DNA from: Nitrosopumilus sp. | Lineage (GTDB): Archaea > Thermoproteota > Nitrososphaeria > Nitrososphaerales > Nitrosopumilaceae | NCBI GenBank assembly: GCA_965205215.1 | Contig: OZ242041.1 | Coordinates: 160,001 to 224,000, forward strand | Reading direction: 5' to 3' | Length of the DNA stretch: 64,000 bases | Part shown: positions 61,233-64,000 of the stretch, piece after piece | Layout of the letters: each line of letters opens with the position of its first letter | How positions within the stretch are numbered: position 1 is the first letter of the stretch | The notes under the pieces: model-generated | What the model was told of the DNA's origin: nothing | Database searches by the model: none | Seen by the model: the letters and a program-made list of their open reading frames with translations, nothing else | Program-made: the position numbers and the translations under genes

Positions 61233-61342
61233 CTGTCACACAAGGGGCGTGTCAAATTAACATGTTGTTGTTGTTGGAGACGTATGTCGTCCAACCTCCC
61301 GTGACGCCGCCCATGTAACGACGATGGTGGAAAGGCGCATGC

Positions 61343-62230
61343 TCAGCCGGCGGGATCCGCGGCCAGGTCGAGGACCGCCCTGGCCTGCTTGTAGTGGACC
61401 TCGTCGATCATCCGCCCCTCCACCGCGGTGGCTCCCCTGCCCTTTGCTGCAGACTTTGCGTACGCGTCGGCGACCTTGCGCGCCCAGTCCACCTCCGACC
61501 TCGTGGGGTGGAACACCCTGTGCACCGTGTCGATCTGATCCGGATGGATCACGCTCTTGCCGGCGAATCCAAGCGACCTGCCAAGCATGCAGTCGCGCTC
61601 AAGCCCCTTGGCGTCCTTGAGGTTCTGCCATATGCCGTCGATCGCGGGCACGCCTGCCGCCCTCGCGTCAAGCGCCACCCTTGCGCGCGCGTACCTGGCG
61701 GCGTCCGACTGCGCCGTATACTCTATCCCCATGTCGGCAAGCAGGTCAAAGACCCCGAATATCACGCAGTCTATCCTGGAATGCCTGCTGCTGCCACCGG
61801 ACGAGGCAATCTCGTACGCCTTTACCACGCCCTCGGCCGACTCGATTGACGGCATCACGCCGACCGGCCCCAGGCGGCGGCGGCGCTCCAGGTCCTCCAG
61901 CACCTTTACTATTCTCTTGAGCTGGGCCTTGTTGTCCAGCTTTGGGATCACTACGCCGTCTATCCCGCGTCGAACCACCTCCCCCAGGTCCGACGGTATG
62001 AGCCCGGAGGCGGGCGAGTTTGTCCGCACGTACACTGCGCCGGCCGCGTACGAGTCTCGGTCGCGGAGCGCCTGCCGTATCATCTGCCGGGCCTCCCTCT
62101 TCTGGACGTCCGGGACCGAGTCCTCGAGATCAAAGCAGACGATGTCGGCCCTCAGGCTCTTTGCCTTTTCAATAAACCTCGGGTTATTTCCAGGAACAAA
62201 GCAGAGACTGCGGAATAGCCGCGGCTGCAA
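61343..62230 (-). CDS. CitE/HpcH family CoA-ester lyase
   Basis: RSLCFVPG, DLEDSV, VRTN, IESAEG, GKSVIHP.Q, GRMID. Confidence 0.92.
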   Translation of the reverse strand: MQPRLFRSLCFVPGNNPRFIEKAKSLRADIVCFDLEDSVPDVQKREARQMIRQALRDRDSYAAGAVYVRTNSPASGLIPSDLGEVVRRGIDGVVIPKLDNKAQLKRIVKVLEDLERRRRLGPVGVMPSIESAEGVVKAYEIASSGGSSRHSRIDCVIFGVFDLLADMGIEYTAQSDAARYARARVALDARAAGVPAIDGIWQNLKDAKGLERDCMLGRSLGFAGKSVIHPDQIDTVHRVFHPTRSEVDWARKVADAYAKSAAKGRGATAVEGRMIDEVHYKQARAVLDLAADPAG

Positions 62231-62236
62231 CTGCGA

Positions 62237-63313
62237 TCAGCCCTGCGACTTTAGGAGTATCTTTCCAAAGAGTCCCTTGCCGGTGAGCATCTTTGTGTGT
62301 GCCTCGGCCGCCTGCTCGTACGAGTATACGGAATCGATCTGGGACTTGATCTTGCCCTGGCCCATCCAGTAGAGGCCCTGGTCAAACTCGGCCTTTGTGC
62401 CCTGCGTGGAGCCCAGTATGTTGGTGCCCTTGAAGAATATGTGACGCAGGTCGGTATGGGCGTCATACCCGGTGGTGGCGCCGCACGAGACCAGCGTCGC
62501 CCCGTACTTCAGCAGGGTAAGCTGCTTGTTCCAGTGCGTCTGGCCTATGTGATCGAATGAAATGTCAATGCCCGGCGCCTCGCCCTTTCTCTTTGCGATC
62601 TCCTTGGAGATTGCGCGGACCTCCTTGTGCCAGTCCTCCTTGCGGTGGTCCACCGCATAGTCGGCCCCGAGCTCGCGGCACTTGTCGAGCTTGTCGGGGC
62701 TCGCGGTCGCGATGACATCGCAGTTGTACAGTTTTGCAATCTGAATCCCAAAGCTCCCGACTCCGGAGCCGCCGCCCATTATCAGCACGGTCTGCCCCGG
62801 CGTTATCTTCGCCCTGCCCACCAGCATGTGCCACGACGTCAGGAGCGTCATGGAGGACGCGGCCGCCTCGTCGTACGACACGGACTCTGGTATTTTTGAG
62901 ACGTTGACCTCCGGCAGGTGCGTCACCTCCTGGTATGCGCCCCACGTGGGCCCCGTCTGGAAGCCCCATATGGTGCGCCTCGTACAGTCAAACTCGCGCC
63001 CGTCGGTGCACGCTGTGCAGACCCTGCAGGCCATGTTGGAGTGCGATACGACGCGGTCGCCCACCTGTATGTCCCGGACGTCGTCGCCCACAGCGATCAC
63101 GTCGCCGGCCGCGTCAGAGCCTGACACGTGCGGCAGCGGGACTGCCACGGGCTGGCCCCTCATGCCCCAGATGTCGTTGTAGTTCAGGGCCGCCGACTTT
63201 ACCTCAAACACGACCTCGTTGGACTTTGGCTTTGGCTCGTCAATATCCTTGACCTGCAGTATGCGGGCATAGTTGTCGTCAGGTGCGTACTCCTCGTACA
63301 CCACAGCCTTCAT
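62237..63313 (-). CDS. Zn-dependent medium-chain dehydrogenase/reductase (quinone/enoyl reductase-like)
   Basis: ALNYND, PHVSGSD, CRVCTAC..G...C structural Zn, GGGSGVG; start MKAVVY. Confidence 0.93.
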   Translation of the reverse strand: MKAVVYEEYAPDDNYARILQVKDIDEPKPKSNEVVFEVKSAALNYNDIWGMRGQPVAVPLPHVSGSDAAGDVIAVGDDVRDIQVGDRVVSHSNMACRVCTACTDGREFDCTRRTIWGFQTGPTWGAYQEVTHLPEVNVSKIPESVSYDEAAASSMTLLTSWHMLVGRAKITPGQTVLIMGGGSGVGSFGIQIAKLYNCDVIATASPDKLDKCRELGADYAVDHRKEDWHKEVRAISKEIAKRKGEAPGIDISFDHIGQTHWNKQLTLLKYGATLVSCGATTGYDAHTDLRHIFFKGTNILGSTQGTKAEFDQGLYWMGQGKIKSQIDSVYSYEQAAEAHTKMLTGKGLFGKILLKSQG

Positions 63314-63677
63314 AACGACACCGGCAAAAATCCCATAAATATAGCTTATCTGTCGAGCACGGGCCACGCATGCGAGTTGTGTCCTGAGCGTTTCCGCCAT
63401 TTTCCCGAGCCCCTCAGCCGCCCGCTGCAGTCCTGCACCTGGCGTCCCACGGCTCCCATCCGACTCGGCCCCCTCGAGATCCCTGCGTAGGATCCTTACC
63501 TCTGAGCCTGCCATGCGCATGGCGCAAAGAGGATGGGAAAGGAAGGATTGTGACCTGATTCTGCAGGTGTGCCGGCCAAGCACCTTTCATAGATGCGGCC
63601 GACGGCGTGCCAGACGCGCCCCTGCTGCCGCATGCCGTCTTGGCGTTGCCCATTGGACGGGCCCCCACACCGGCAGT

Positions 63678-64000
63678 CTAGTCCGGAATCGGATGTATGG
63701 TCACGATGGCATTCTTGATTTGCTTCCTAACGGAGTGCTCTATGTCAATGAGAAGATCGTGCGACTCCGCGATGGTAAGCTTGCCGTCAAAGGAGCATTC
63801 GATGTCAATCTTTGAGACGTTGCCAAACTTTAGGGACAGTATACGGCCGACGCCCCTGACAGCTTCGTGGCGGAACAGGATCTCCCGGATTAGATCCTCC
63901 TCGTCCATGGACTTTTCCCCGGCATCGTCAGACTTGCCTTCCTCAAAGGGTTCGAGTCTGGCCGTCACGTCCTTGACGCTCGGCAGTTCCTCGGCGATCT
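63678..64000 (-). CDS. Cation diffusion facilitator-family protein, C-terminal dimerisation domains (5' part outside window)
   Basis: LTIAESH..., VTIHPIP ZT-dimer motif; frame open to the window edge. Confidence 0.7.
   Translation of the reverse strand, partial: IAEELPSVKDVTARLEPFEEGKSDDAGEKSMDEEDLIREILFRHEAVRGVGRILSLKFGNVSKIDIECSFDGKLTIAESHDLLIDIEHSVRKQIKNAIVTIHPIPD

Noticed and set aside
63314-63583. N-terminal extension of the Zn dehydrogenase in the ORF track
   Set aside because: The family start MKAVVY is at 63313 with a TATA-like TATTTAT just upstream, so the extension is likely untranslated

Overview
GC-rich chromosomal segment of an ammonia-oxidising archaeon (Nitrososphaerota, Nitrosopumilaceae-like gene order). 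The amoB gene, TBP, TFE, uS15, eS1/S3Ae, KEOPS subunits, archaeosine TGT and GTP cyclohydrolase III support this. The window starts at the end of the AMO locus: amoB, two unknown ORFs, probable amoY and amoZ, and a tandem, partly eroded second amoZ. A housekeeping backbone follows, covering translation, tRNA modification, a MoxR/vWA pair, P-II and a riboflavin operon. Three accessory zones interrupt it. (i) About 8.6-10.3 kb holds an AT-rich VOC gene and two 80-bp hairpin/MITE-like elements. (ii) About 20.8-28.7 kb holds three tandem secreted proteins made almost entirely of thrombospondin type-3-like Ca-binding repeats, with higher-order periodicity and signs of repeat shuffling. (iii) About 40.6-44.5 kb, around tRNA-Arg(TCT), holds a transposase remnant, a CC1-like small basic protein and a secreted integrin-alpha-like FG-GAP propeller. 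Microsatellite and low-complexity insertions in core enzymes are pervasive. High GC plus eukaryote-like Ca-binding surface proteins suggests a host-associated (e.g. sponge) lineage, which is an inference. No CRISPR array, rRNA or intact transposase was seen. All annotations come from motif recognition by eye; no database searches were run.
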